Shown piece after piece: positions 6,773 through 16,346 of a stretch of DNA of 40,281 bases. Both the position numbers and the translations under genes were made by a program. How positions within the stretch are numbered: the stretch's first letter is position 1; every line of letters begins with the position of its first letter. The notes under the pieces were generated by a model that was given only the letters and a program-made list of their open reading frames with translations, had not been told where the DNA came from and did no database searches. Origin of the DNA: an uncultured Ruminococcus sp. (GTDB lineage Bacteria; Bacillota; Clostridia; Oscillospirales; CAG-272); the NCBI GenBank assembly GCA_964482885.1, contig CAYZZJ010000002.1:1-40281 (forward strand), written 5' to 3'.

Positions 6773-8218
6773 ATGACTGTTACACGATTTGCACCCAGCC
6801 CCACGGGATACATGCATATAGGTAACCTCAGGACGGCGCTTTATTCCTACCTGATTGCCAAGCATGACGGCGGAAAATTCATTCTCAGAATAGAAGATAC
6901 TGACCGCGAGCGTCTTGTCGAGGGTGCTACCGATATAATTAAATCCACGCTCAGAATAACCGAACTTAATTACGACGAAGGTCCCGATGTGGGCGGTAAG
7001 CACGGTCCGTACGTTCAGAGCGAGAGAAAAGAAATATACATGGAATATGCCAAAAAGCTGGTTGACCTTGGGTATGCTTACTACTGCTTCTGCACCAAGG
7101 AACGTCTTGATATGCTCCACGAGGAGGACGCGGTAGGTGGGTATGACAGGCACTGCCGCAATCTCTCTAAGGAGGAGGTCGAGGCGAAGCTTGCTGCAGG
7201 TACTCCGTTTGTTATCAGACAGAAGATGCCTCTTGAGGGCACTACCTCCTACTACGACTCTGTATTTGGCGAGATTTCAATGGATAACGCCGAGCTTCAG
7301 GACCAGATACTCATGAAGGCGGATGGCTATCCCACCTATAATTTCTGTCACGTGATCGACGACCACCTTATGGGGATAACTCACGTTGTTCGCGGCTCGG
7401 AGTATCTTACCTCCACCCCCAAGTACGTACTTCTGTATGATGCCTTCGGTTGGCCTCGCCCCAACTACGTTCATCTTCCCCTTCTTATGGGTAAGAACGC
7501 CGACGGCTCGGTTTCCAAGCTCTCCAAGAGACACGGCGCGGTCTCCTTCCAGGACCTTCTTAACGACGGCTACCTCGCTGAGGCAATTATAAACTATATC
7601 GCGCTGCTCGGCTGGTGTCCCAAGGGAAGTCAGACAGAGTTCTTTACGCTCGACGAGCTTAAGGAAGCATTTACTATCGACGGCGTCTCCAAATCCCCTG
7701 CGGTATTTGATTTTGAAAAGCTCCTTTGGTTCAACAGCGAGTATATTCATGCGCTCTCCGACGAGCGCTTTGCAGAGCTTGTAAAGCCATACATTACCGC
7801 AGCTATCCCCGAAAATATCAATGAGCCCAAGATGCTCGCGCTTCTCAAAACGAGAATAAGCAAGCTTTCGGAGATTTCCGAGAAGATGAGCTTCTTCATA
7901 ACGTTGCCCGAATATGACAGCGAGCTGTTTATGAATAAGAAGAATAAGATATCCGAGCTTGAAACGGTTATAACCGTTCTTACCGAAGCCAAGGAAATTC
8001 TTGCGAAGCTCGATGACTTCTCGAACGATGCGCTCTTCTCTTCACTTTCAGTGCTTAACGAAAGGCTCTCGCTTAAGACGGGTACTATCATGTGGTGCAT
8101 CAGAATAGCCGTTTCCGGTATGTCCGCCACCCCCGGTGGAGCTACCGAGATAATGGAGGTTATCGGTAAGTCCGAGAGCCTTGCAAGAATTGATGCGGCA
8201 CTTGCTAAGATCGGCTGA
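6773..8218 (+). CDS. gltX: Glutamate--tRNA ligase
   Basis: 481-aa class I synthetase with the signatures PSPTGYMHIGNLRTALY (HIGH) and KLSKRHG (KMSKS), and overall GluRS-like sequence. Confidence 0.95.
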   Translation: MTVTRFAPSPTGYMHIGNLRTALYSYLIAKHDGGKFILRIEDTDRERLVEGATDIIKSTLRITELNYDEGPDVGGKHGPYVQSERKEIYMEYAKKLVDLGYAYYCFCTKERLDMLHEEDAVGGYDRHCRNLSKEEVEAKLAAGTPFVIRQKMPLEGTTSYYDSVFGEISMDNAELQDQILMKADGYPTYNFCHVIDDHLMGITHVVRGSEYLTSTPKYVLLYDAFGWPRPNYVHLPLLMGKNADGSVSKLSKRHGAVSFQDLLNDGYLAEAIINYIALLGWCPKGSQTEFFTLDELKEAFTIDGVSKSPAVFDFEKLLWFNSEYIHALSDERFAELVKPYITAAIPENINEPKMLALLKTRISKLSEISEKMSFFITLPEYDSELFMNKKNKISELETVITVLTEAKEILAKLDDFSNDALFSSLSVLNERLSLKTGTIMWCIRIAVSGMSATPGGATEIMEVIGKSESLARIDAALAKIG

Positions 8219-8219
8219 T

Positions 8220-8678
8220 ATGAAGCATACAACGCTTTGCTATATTGAAAAAGACGGCAAGTATCTTATGATACACCGCATCAAGAAGGCTAAGGACGAA
8301 AACGAGGGTAAGTGGATCGGTATAGGCGGAAAGCTCGAACACGGAGAAAGCCCGTTCGACTGCGTCAGGCGCGAGGTAAAGGAAGAAACCGGTCTTACTC
8401 TTACCTCACCGCATTACCGTGCTATAATCACATTTGTATCCAACGTTTACGGAACCGAGTATATGCATCTCTTTACAGCGACCGACTTTTGCGGTGAGCT
8501 TAACGAAAGCTGCGACGAAGGCGTATTGCAGTGGGTGGATAAAGATAAGCTATCCTCTCTTCCCATGTGGGAGGGGGATAAGGTATTTCTTGATATGCTT
8601 GATAGCGAAAAACGCTTCTTCTCTCTCAAGCTTGTGTATGATCACGACAATCTTGTCGAATCTACGGTCGAGTACTGA
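8220..8678 (+). CDS. Nudix hydrolase, MutT-like (deoxy)nucleoside triphosphate pyrophosphohydrolase
   Basis: A perfect Nudix box, GKLEHGESPFDCVRREVKEETGL, fits Gx5Ex7REUxEExGU. The start was set at the ATG at 8220, 1 nt after the gltX stop. The track ORF start at 8181 lies inside gltX. Confidence 0.85.
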   Translation: MKHTTLCYIEKDGKYLMIHRIKKAKDENEGKWIGIGGKLEHGESPFDCVRREVKEETGLTLTSPHYRAIITFVSNVYGTEYMHLFTATDFCGELNESCDEGVLQWVDKDKLSSLPMWEGDKVFLDMLDSEKRFFSLKLVYDHDNLVESTVEY

Positions 8679-8726
8679 TCAAACCGCGCATTCTTACTCT
8701 AATACAGCGTCACATTAATTAAAGGC

Positions 8727-8757
8727 AAAAGGAACACGTATCGTGCCTGTTCCTTTT
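8727..8757. terminator. Bidirectional intrinsic terminator
   Basis: AAAAGGAACA - 11-nt loop - TGTTCCTTTT, between the convergent Nudix and DUF45 genes. Confidence 0.55.
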
Positions 8758-8781
8758 CAGTTATGCAAAATCATCACCGGC

Positions 8782-9288
8782 TCACTCCAAGAGCTTTTTT
8801 CTCCTCTTATAATCAGGCATATACTTTTCTATGATACGATAAAATCTCGGTGAGTGATTAAGTTCTAAAAGGTGTGCCAGCTCGTGTACAATTACATACT
8901 CACGCGCTTCTTCGGGATATAGCATCAGCCTGTATGAGAAGCATATATTCCCCTTTGATGAGCAAGAACCAAACCTTTTCTGCGCCGAGGTTATGGTTAT
9001 TCTGCCGCAATTTATACCCATAATTTTGGCGAAATATGAAGTTTTAGCTACAAAATAATCTCTCGCCCTACTTTTGAGGACGGCGATATCCTCGGCGTTT
9101 ATTTCTTCCCGTTCCTTGCGTGCAGCAAACCTGTTGAGGTGCTTTCTTATCCATGACTCGTGCTTTGTAACGTAAAAGTCTATTTTGCTTTTTGACATTC
9201 CCCTCGGAGCGCGGACAACAACGTTACCATCGACTATGCTGATGGCAAGCGTGCGCCTGTTGCTATAGATAATTTTATATTGCATCAT
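8782..9288 (-). CDS. YgjP/DUF45-family zinc metallohydrolase (M48-like)
   Basis: 168-aa protein with an HExxH motif in the context YVIVHELAHLLELNHSPRFY, which is characteristic of the YgjP-like family. A GGAGG RBS is present. Confidence 0.8.
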   Translation of the reverse strand: MMQYKIIYSNRRTLAISIVDGNVVVRAPRGMSKSKIDFYVTKHESWIRKHLNRFAARKEREEINAEDIAVLKSRARDYFVAKTSYFAKIMGINCGRITITSAQKRFGSCSSKGNICFSYRLMLYPEEAREYVIVHELAHLLELNHSPRFYRIIEKYMPDYKRRKKLLE

Positions 9289-9337
9289 TATACCTCCGCA
9301 CCTCTATTTTACCACCGAAAGCTGTTTTTGTAAAGGA

Positions 9338-11413
9338 TTATTCCGACTCGTGCACAGGACAAAATTGTACGGGCATATTATCACTTATAAAGTAACCGTA
9401 TTCTGCGTTACCCGAGGAAATACAACCTCCTCTCGCGAGGGAGCCTGACTGTCTGCAATATAGTGACATAACAATACCTTCGTTTGAGAAGCTGCGCACC
9501 GTGTCGGAGTAAGTGTCCGATGAGGCCTTTTCGTGTATCTCGCGCATAACCTGGTCCCATATTTCAATGTGTGTCGGCGACTGGGCGTATACACCCCTGC
9601 TTCCGTCCGAATACCCACACCATATTCCTGCGGTAAAGTACGGAGTATAGCCGACTAAAAGCTTATCACGGTTTGAGCTTGACGTTCCCGTCTTAGCAGC
9701 GGTGTCTACGCTTTCCTTCAAGGTTATGCTTCTTGCGGTTCCCGATTCTGCAACCTCGGACAAAAGCTTATTCATGAGCGATGCGGTGCTGCTCTTAAAC
9801 ACCCTCTTTGCCGTCATGGCGTTATCAAGCAATACCTCTCCATTTTGCTGGAACACACCGTAATACATTCTTCCTCCGCGAAGCTCCCCGCCCGAAGGGA
9901 AAGCCGTATATGCGTGCGTAAGATCAACAAGCGATACTCCGTCGGTCAGCTGCCCAAATGCCAACGGTGCTGCGCCGAGATCGCTGACTGTACCGTTTTT
10001 AGTTTCTCTTGATGAAACGAGTGTATCAAATCCGAGCTTCTCTTGTAAATCCCTGTATACCCTATCTCTTCCACGCTCGAGGTACAGCTCGTAGGCGACT
10101 GTATTTTTAGATTTTTTTACAGCATCGCATACCGTTATTCGCCCCTCGTAGACGTCTGGGGAATTCTTCGGATATTCGACCGCTCCCCCGTTCCTCATTT
10201 CCTTTGGTGCGTCCTCCACGATCGTTGACCACGTAATAGCGCCTTCATCTATCATAGGGGCATAAAGCGCCAGAGGCTTCAAGGTTGATGCGGGCGGATG
10301 AAGTGCTGTGGCGTAATTGTAGAGACGGTTTCCCTGCTTTTCTCCGACACCACCTATAATTCCTACCACATCACCGCTTAGTGAGTCACATACAACCATA
10401 GAGTATTTCAGCCCATCGTTTACTCCGTCGGGAAAATTATCGATGTTCTCGAAGTGGGCTTCCATAATTTCTTGTACATCTGTGTTGAGAGTTAGGATTA
10501 CCTTTGCACCTCCCAGCATTAAAATCGCACCAAGGCGGCTTACGTCATATTTAGCCGATAAATCGGATATAACCTCTTCCCTTGCGCTCTCAACGAACCA
10601 ATTAGACACCTCAGCAGCTACGAGCTTATCAGCTCTTATCTGCAGCGGGCGAGTGACTGCTGCCTCATACTCCTCTTTATTAATGCAACCGTTCTGCTTC
10701 ATAGCATACAGAACACGGTTTCTCTTTTCTAAGCAGGCATCGGGGTGCTTAATCGGGTCATATCTCCCGGGCGCGTTTGCTATTCCCACTATAGTAGCCG
10801 CCTCGGTGAGCGTAAGATCCGCGGGTGACTTATTAAAATATACCTCGCTTGCCTCACGTACTCCGTATACGTTACCTGACATAGGGATAACGTTTACATA
10901 GGCTTCGAGTATTTCTTCCTTTGAATGAGCCGAATCAAGGTGGATCGACCTCATAATTTCACTGAATTTACGTCTTAGCGTATGCTCGTTATCCCCGCTT
11001 ATGTTTTTAATTACCTGCTGCGTTATAGTAGATCCACCAAAGTTTGAGGTGAAGTGTAAAAAATAATTTGCCAAAGCCGCCAATGTTCGCTTAACATTTA
11101 CGCCGTTATGTTTATAGAAATCTCTATCCTCGGCTGAAATAAAAGCATCAATCAGCGTATCCGACACCTCATCGAGCGACACCCAGGTTTTTGCCGCTCC
11201 TGCCGCCTCCTTAGATACCCTGACAAGATTTCCGTCCGTATCATACGCGAAATACTCTGTCGTATTACTTGATTTTGATGCCGAGAGCAGTCTTTCGTCC
11301 GCCTGATAATCAATACTGTCACCGACGTAAAACGCGAAGACACTAACGCCTACGCTTGCTAATAATACCAAAATCAGTATAGCCGCGGCGACAATAATAA
11401 CCGCCTTCTTCAT
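9338..11413 (-). CDS. Class A penicillin-binding protein (bifunctional glycosyltransferase/transpeptidase, PBP1A family)
   Basis: N-terminal TM anchor. GT51 motifs EDRDFYKHNGV and GGSTITQQ. Transpeptidase motifs ASTLKP (SxxK) and KTGTS (KTG). Confidence 0.9.
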   Translation of the reverse strand: MKKAVIIVAAAILILVLLASVGVSVFAFYVGDSIDYQADERLLSASKSSNTTEYFAYDTDGNLVRVSKEAAGAAKTWVSLDEVSDTLIDAFISAEDRDFYKHNGVNVKRTLAALANYFLHFTSNFGGSTITQQVIKNISGDNEHTLRRKFSEIMRSIHLDSAHSKEEILEAYVNVIPMSGNVYGVREASEVYFNKSPADLTLTEAATIVGIANAPGRYDPIKHPDACLEKRNRVLYAMKQNGCINKEEYEAAVTRPLQIRADKLVAAEVSNWFVESAREEVISDLSAKYDVSRLGAILMLGGAKVILTLNTDVQEIMEAHFENIDNFPDGVNDGLKYSMVVCDSLSGDVVGIIGGVGEKQGNRLYNYATALHPPASTLKPLALYAPMIDEGAITWSTIVEDAPKEMRNGGAVEYPKNSPDVYEGRITVCDAVKKSKNTVAYELYLERGRDRVYRDLQEKLGFDTLVSSRETKNGTVSDLGAAPLAFGQLTDGVSLVDLTHAYTAFPSGGELRGGRMYYGVFQQNGEVLLDNAMTAKRVFKSSTASLMNKLLSEVAESGTARSITLKESVDTAAKTGTSSSNRDKLLVGYTPYFTAGIWCGYSDGSRGVYAQSPTHIEIWDQVMREIHEKASSDTYSDTVRSFSNEGIVMSLYCRQSGSLARGGCISSGNAEYGYFISDNMPVQFCPVHESE

Positions 11414-11424
11414 ATCTCCTCCGC

Positions 11425-11479
11425 AAAAAACACCGAAATTTCAGACCTTACTATGATTATCTGAAAATTCGGTGTTTTT
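11425..11479 (-). terminator. Strong hairpin/intrinsic terminator after truA, abutting the PBP1A RBS
   Basis: The stem is about 17 bp with one mismatch (AACACCGAATTTTCAGA / TCTGAAATTTCGGTGTT on the minus strand). It is followed by TTTTTT, then GGAGGAG and the ATG at 11413. Confidence 0.6.
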
Positions 11480-11507
11480 ATTAGATGCTAATCTTAGCAT
11501 TTATGGT

Positions 11508-12251
11508 TTAATATGTGACCTTGTTAAGATAAAGTCCCTCCGGCGGCGCCGTCATACCCGCTCTGCTTCTATCTCTCGAGCCAATTATTTCCGTAATATC
11601 CGACGGCGATATTCTGCCGAACGCGACCTCGGTAAGCGTGCCGACGATAATTCTTACCATATTGTAAAGAAATCCGTCCGCGCACACGCGTATCTCGATA
11701 AGATCACCACTCCTTTCGACGTTTACGTATTTAATATCTCTCACGGTATCAACTACGTCGGATCCCTCGGACATAAAGGCGGAATAATCACGCCTTCCCG
11801 CAAAGCGCTTTGCAGCATCGCGCATCAATTCAAATCCCGAATCCGTAATAGGGCGCGAAACAAACCAGGCACGCCCGTAATCGAAGGGGTTATAAACGGG
11901 CGTATTGATTATCCTGTACAAATATTCCTTTGACACCACGTCGTATCGCGGGTGAAAGTGTGGATCACACGCTTCGGCGTAATAAAGCGAAAGATCGACG
12001 GGTAAGAAACGCGCAACCGCCACCGGCAGCTTCTCGGGCGGCACCGTAGCAGTATCCGAATCAACCGTGAGGCAAAACTCATTCGCGTGGACGCCCGCAT
12101 CGGTACGGCTACAGCCTGTCACCTTGACGTCATCACCCAGCGCTTCGCGCAAGGCGCGGCATAGCTCACCCATAACAGTTCGCTTATCCGGCTGAACCTG
12201 AAAGCCGTGAAAGGCGGTACCAATGTATCTTATTTTTGCGAAATACTTCAC
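11508..12251 (-). CDS. truA: tRNA pseudouridine(38-40) synthase TruA (GTG start)
   Basis: KIRYIGTAFHGFQVQ and the catalytic motif SRTDAGVHA. The start is a GTG at 12251, preceded by AGGAG at 5-nt spacing. Its position after ecfT is the conserved Firmicutes arrangement. Confidence 0.9.
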   Translation of the reverse strand: MKYFAKIRYIGTAFHGFQVQPDKRTVMGELCRALREALGDDVKVTGCSRTDAGVHANEFCLTVDSDTATVPPEKLPVAVARFLPVDLSLYYAEACDPHFHPRYDVVSKEYLYRIINTPVYNPFDYGRAWFVSRPITDSGFELMRDAAKRFAGRRDYSAFMSEGSDVVDTVRDIKYVNVERSGDLIEIRVCADGFLYNMVRIIVGTLTEVAFGRISPSDITEIIGSRDRSRAGMTAPPEGLYLNKVTY

Positions 12252-12260
12252 AATATCTCC

Positions 12261-13121
12261 TTAAATCTTATAGAAGAGTATTTGATAAATCAATCCGTTT
12301 GATGCTAACCCCGCGGTAAGCACGTTGGAGCAAATCACAACCGTCATCAAAGCAACGAAGGCAAGAATCCACCATAAGTCACGAAGATGGTATTCAAGCT
12401 TAACGAATTTAGTTCTGCCGACGTCCCCGCGATAGCAGCGCGATTCCATAGCGGTAGCAAGCTCATCGGCGCGCTTGAATGAAGAGACGAATAGTGGAAC
12501 GAGAATGGGTATCAGCGCTTTCGCGCGCTTAACCAAGCCGCCCGATGAAAAATCTGCTCCGCGCGACTTTTGTGCATTCATAATCTTTTCGGTTTCTTCA
12601 ACGAGCGTAGGAATAAACCTTAACGCAATAGACATCATCATTGCGAACGCATGTACCGGCAATCCTATTTTCTTGAAAGGCTTGAGCAAGCTCTCTATTC
12701 CGTCGGTAAGGGTTATCGGCGAGGTGGTGTACGTGAGGAACATACTGGTTCCCACTATCAGCATAATTACACGTACCGACATAAATATTGCGCGCACGAG
12801 GCCCTCCGTGTACACTCTGATAAAGCCGAGCTCAAAAAGAGGATCACCTGTACCAACAGTCATAAAGATGTTAAGTATAGAGGTGAAAATAAGCACGAAA
12901 ATAATGGGCTTTATGCCCTTAATGACAACTTTAATTGATATTTTGCTTACCGCAATAAGAGCAAATGTCAGAACAGCAAGTCCGATAAACGCAATCGGCG
13001 TATCCGCGACGAAGAGAGCTACGATGTAAAATACCGCCAAAATTATCTTAGTTCTCGGATCAAGCCTGTGAAGAATAGATTTGCCGGGGAAAAACTGACC
13101 GAGAGTGATATCCGAAATCAT
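12261..13121 (-). CDS. ecfT: Energy-coupling factor (ECF) transporter transmembrane component
   Basis: CbiQ/EcfT-like polytopic protein carrying the conserved ARG-type motif region (KSRGADFSSGG). The ATG at 13121 overlaps the ecfA2 stop as ATGA. The track start at 13130 is a GTG three codons upstream. Confidence 0.85.
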   Translation of the reverse strand: MISDITLGQFFPGKSILHRLDPRTKIILAVFYIVALFVADTPIAFIGLAVLTFALIAVSKISIKVVIKGIKPIIFVLIFTSILNIFMTVGTGDPLFELGFIRVYTEGLVRAIFMSVRVIMLIVGTSMFLTYTTSPITLTDGIESLLKPFKKIGLPVHAFAMMMSIALRFIPTLVEETEKIMNAQKSRGADFSSGGLVKRAKALIPILVPLFVSSFKRADELATAMESRCYRGDVGRTKFVKLEYHLRDLWWILAFVALMTVVICSNVLTAGLASNGLIYQILFYKI

Positions 13122-13981
13122 TTCGCGCACCCCCTTACGTAGTTAAGGATCGCGCGCTTAGCTCCCTCGACGGTGTACAGCTCGCCCTCGAGGTTAATGC
13201 CGCGAGCTTTAAGACCGGCACAAATGCGCGCAACAGCGGGTACGTCGAGATCGACCGAAGCAAGCTCCTCGGGCATGGAGAAAATCTCTTTTGCGCTGCC
13301 CGTAAGGCGCACGCGTGCTTCGTTCATAACAACTATATTATCACAATAGAGCGCCATATCCTCCATAGAATGGCTGACTAGTATGACGGTGGCACCGCGC
13401 TCGTTCACAAAATCCCTGAGGTGTCCGAGTATTTCGCGCCTACCGCGAGGATCAAGTCCCGCAGCCGGCTCGTCCAAAACAAGAACGTCGGGGCGCATCG
13501 CGATTATTCCCGCTATAGCAACTCTTCTCTTCTGACCGCCCGACAGCTCAAACGGGGATTTTTCCATTAGAGAGCTGTCAAGCCCGGTATAGCGCATTGC
13601 TTCGGCAACACGCTCGTGGATCTCTTCTTCGGGAAGCCCCTGGTTCCTCGGTCCGAAAGCAATGTCGCTCGCTACCGTCTCATCGAACAGCTGATACTCT
13701 GGATATTGCATAACTAGGCCGACTCTGTATCTCACCTTGGAGATTTCCTTAGGCTTTTCCCATATATCCTTGCCGTCGAGCAAAATCTGCCCCTCGGTGG
13801 GCTTGTATAATCCGTTCATCAGGTTTACAAGCGTAGACTTTCCCGATCCCGTATGCCCGATAAGACCTGTTATTTTTCCTTTTTCAAAGCCGACGCTCAC
13901 GTTATCGAGCGCAACCCTCTCGAAAGGGGTTCCGCGGCTATATGAAAATGAAACGTTTTTTATCTCTAGTATATTCCTCAT
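13118..13981 (-). CDS. ecfA2: ECF transporter ATPase subunit A2
   Basis: Walker A GHTGSGKST, ABC signature LSGGQKRR, Walker B VLVLDEP. Confidence 0.9.
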   Translation of the reverse strand: MRNILEIKNVSFSYSRGTPFERVALDNVSVGFEKGKITGLIGHTGSGKSTLVNLMNGLYKPTEGQILLDGKDIWEKPKEISKVRYRVGLVMQYPEYQLFDETVASDIAFGPRNQGLPEEEIHERVAEAMRYTGLDSSLMEKSPFELSGGQKRRVAIAGIIAMRPDVLVLDEPAAGLDPRGRREILGHLRDFVNERGATVILVSHSMEDMALYCDNIVVMNEARVRLTGSAKEIFSMPEELASVDLDVPAVARICAGLKARGINLEGELYTVEGAKRAILNYVRGCAK

Positions 13982-14866
13982 TTAATCTGCTTCTCCGACA
14001 ATGGCTCTGTAAATAGACTCTACACATTCCGCATCGGTGAGTGGGGTTCCCGAAATAGCAATACCCACCGACTTAAGCTCTTCGACAAGCTCTACACCCT
14101 GAGGTGCTTCAAGACCCATTGAATGTAGCTCATCAACACGGGAAAACACCTCCTCGGGCGTTCCGTCGAGAACCGTCTCACCGTCGTTAATCACAACTAT
14201 GCGGTCTGCATGAGCCGCCTCATCCATATAGTGCGTGATATTGATAATGGTGATGCCCTCTTCCCTGTTAAGCCTGTCCATTATCTCCATTACGTCGCGT
14301 CTGCCTAGCGGATCGAGCATAGCGGTGGACTCGTCAAAAATTATACACTTAGGACGCATAGCGATAATGCCGGCTATCGCAACTCGCTGCTTCTGTCCGC
14401 CCGAAAGCTTATGCGGAGCGTGCTTTGCATACTCGGTCATACCAACCATATCCAACGCGTCACTTACTCTTAGGAGCATCTCCTCGCGCGGAACTCCGAG
14501 ATTTTCAGGACCGAACGCGACGTCCTCGTCGACCACGGTGGCGACGAGCTGGTTGTCGGGATTCTGGAATACCATACCGATCTTTTTTCTTACCTCAAAA
14601 ACCTCATCATCGGTAATATCGGCGCGGGATACGCACTCTCCGTCGACGAATATTTCGCCTTGAGTAGGAACAAGTATCATGCTTAAAAGCTTTGCAAGAG
14701 TAGACTTTCCCGACCCGTTGTGACCGAGAATCGCTATATACTCACCGTTATCGATCTTAAGATTAACTCCCCTGAGAGCGGGGTGCGCGTTAGCCGCGGA
14801 AACGGCGGCATCATCCGCATACGTAAAGGTGAGATTTTTGGTTTCTATAAAACAGTTGCTGAACAA
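13982..14866 (-). CDS. ecfA1: ECF transporter ATPase subunit A1 (non-ATG start, exact start uncertain)
   Basis: Walker A GHNGSGKST, signature LSGGQKQR, Walker B IIFDEST. No ATG exists upstream of the Walker A in this frame. Candidate TTG starts lie at 14917 (the track start, overlapping the upstream gene by 34 nt), 14872 and 14866. I favour a TTG just after the upstream stop and the AAGGA at about 14876-14880. Confidence 0.8.
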   Translation of the reverse strand: MFSNCFIETKNLTFTYADDAAVSAANAHPALRGVNLKIDNGEYIAILGHNGSGKSTLAKLLSMILVPTQGEIFVDGECVSRADITDDEVFEVRKKIGMVFQNPDNQLVATVVDEDVAFGPENLGVPREEMLLRVSDALDMVGMTEYAKHAPHKLSGGQKQRVAIAGIIAMRPKCIIFDESTAMLDPLGRRDVMEIMDRLNREEGITIINITHYMDEAAHADRIVVINDGETVLDGTPEEVFSRVDELHSMGLEAPQGVELVEELKSVGIAISGTPLTDAECVESIYRAIVGEAD

Positions 14867-14883
14867 TTTCAAAATTCCTTTTC

Positions 14884-15747
14884 TTATCTGAAGGTAACTC
14901 TTACGCTTGAACCGCAAGGCAGCGCAAGACCGCTATCCTTTACGGGAAGTCCAAGCTCATCGGCCTCGCTATATCCGCGCCTACCTACAAGAAGGCGGGT
15001 ATCCGTGATATACTTCATTGTTGAAGCGGAAAGCCCCGTGGTGTACGAATTCAAAAGGAAGAACAGCGGCTTATCGGATAGCACCTGCGCCGCAATACTC
15101 ACAAATTCGTCGATATTTTCCTCGATTTTCCACACCTCTCCCGTTGGACCGCGCCCGTATGACGGGGGATCCATTATTACACCGTCGTACTTATTTCCGC
15201 GCCTTATTTCGCGTTCTATAAACTTACGGCAATCATCGACGATGTAGCGAATGGGCGCATCGGAGAGTCCCGAAAGGCGCGCGTTTTCCTTTGCGTACTG
15301 AACCATCCCCTTTGAGGCATCAACGTGGCACACAGCGGCTCCCGCCTTAGCGGCAGCTATTGTTGCTCCGCCCGTGTACGCAAATAAATTAAGCACCTTA
15401 ATCGGTCTTCCCGCATTCTCGATAAGCGAGCGGGACCAATCCCAGTTGGTTGCCTGCTCCGGGAAAAGACCGGTATGCTTAAAGCCCATAGGCTTGATCA
15501 TGAACGTAAGATCACCGTATTTTATATTCCACGACTCGGGAAGCTTGTTTTGCGACCACGCACCGCCCCCCAATTTGCTACGGGTATAAATAGCATCGGC
15601 ACGGCGCCATAAGGGATTCCTTTTATCGGTATTCCATATTACTTGAGGATCGGGACGAACAAGGCTGTACCTGCCCCAGAACTCAAGCTTTTCTCCGCCC
15701 GATGTGTCGAGTATTTTATAATCTTCCCATTTATCTGCTATCCACAT
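14884..15747 (-). CDS. Class I SAM-dependent methyltransferase (RlmI/RlmK-like rRNA methyltransferase fold, no PUA domain)
   Basis: SAM-binding motif VLNLFAYTGGATIAAAKAGA, followed by VDASKGMV and the catalytic-type motif VIMDPPSYGRG. Confidence 0.7.
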   Translation of the reverse strand: MWIADKWEDYKILDTSGGEKLEFWGRYSLVRPDPQVIWNTDKRNPLWRRADAIYTRSKLGGGAWSQNKLPESWNIKYGDLTFMIKPMGFKHTGLFPEQATNWDWSRSLIENAGRPIKVLNLFAYTGGATIAAAKAGAAVCHVDASKGMVQYAKENARLSGLSDAPIRYIVDDCRKFIEREIRRGNKYDGVIMDPPSYGRGPTGEVWKIEENIDEFVSIAAQVLSDKPLFFLLNSYTTGLSASTMKYITDTRLLVGRRGYSEADELGLPVKDSGLALPCGSSVRVTFR

Positions 15748-15765
15748 GACTTTGCTCCAAACTCT

Positions 15766-16266
15766 TTATCTTTGGTTATAATATCGACCAATCGCAGATG
15801 CCGCGCACTGCGCGTGACAAATAGCGATTGCTAGGGCATCGGCAGTGTCATCGGGCTTTGGAGCCGATTTCAGCTTGAGAAGTGACGTAACCATAGCTAT
15901 AACCTGCCTTTTCTCCGCTCTGCCGTAGCCTACGACCGCCTGCTTCACCTGAAGCGGCGTATATTCACTAATCTTTACGCCCATTTTATGGGCAGTGCAC
16001 AAAATAACCCCTCTAGCTTCCGCAACGGCAATACCTGTCGTAATATTATTTGTAAAGAACAGCTCCTCTATTGCCATTTCGTAGGGAGAGTATTTACTTA
16101 TCAGCTCTTCGATATCGTTTTGTATCATAAGAAGCCGCGACCCAATATCGGTGTGTGCCGGCGTTGTAATAGCGCCGAACGCAAGCGGTCTGACATGTCC
16201 GCGCACGCTTTCTATTACACCCCAGCCTACTGTTGCAAGCCCGGGGTCAATACCAAGTATTATCAT
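15766..16266 (-). CDS. ruvC: Crossover junction endodeoxyribonuclease RuvC
   Basis: The 166-aa protein starts MIILGIDPGLATVGWGVIE and ends in a DAADALAIAICH-type motif (DTADALAIAICHA). Confidence 0.9.
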   Translation of the reverse strand: MIILGIDPGLATVGWGVIESVRGHVRPLAFGAITTPAHTDIGSRLLMIQNDIEELISKYSPYEMAIEELFFTNNITTGIAVAEARGVILCTAHKMGVKISEYTPLQVKQAVVGYGRAEKRQVIAMVTSLLKLKSAPKPDDTADALAIAICHAQCAASAIGRYYNQR

Positions 16267-16301
16267 ACGTCCTCCCTTCGAAGGATAAAATTATTCATAT
16301 T

Positions 16302-16330
16302 ATTATATCACATTATGTCGCGTTAGTCAA
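16302..16330 (-). promoter_or_regulatory. Sigma-A-type promoter for ruvC and the downstream ECF/truA genes
   Basis: The minus strand reads TTGACT (16325-16330), a 17-nt spacer, then TATAAT (16302-16307). Confidence 0.55.
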
Positions 16331-16346
16331 TCACATTTTCCTGCTT

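Noticed and set aside
9338-9480. C-terminal Cys residues of the PBP1A protein (YCRQSGSLARGGC...FCPVH) as a possible zinc-binding extension.
   Set aside because: The spacing is irregular and does not match a motif I recognise. For an extracytoplasmic domain, disulfides are at least as likely, and I cannot evaluate this without alignments.
12475-13029. Plus-strand ORFs of 95-184 aa antisense to ecfT, ecfA1 and the methyltransferase (for example 12475-13029, 14235-14663 and 14720-15247).
   Set aside because: All are embedded in well-supported minus-strand genes, lack an RBS, and have Ser/Arg/Ile-rich composition typical of antisense frames.
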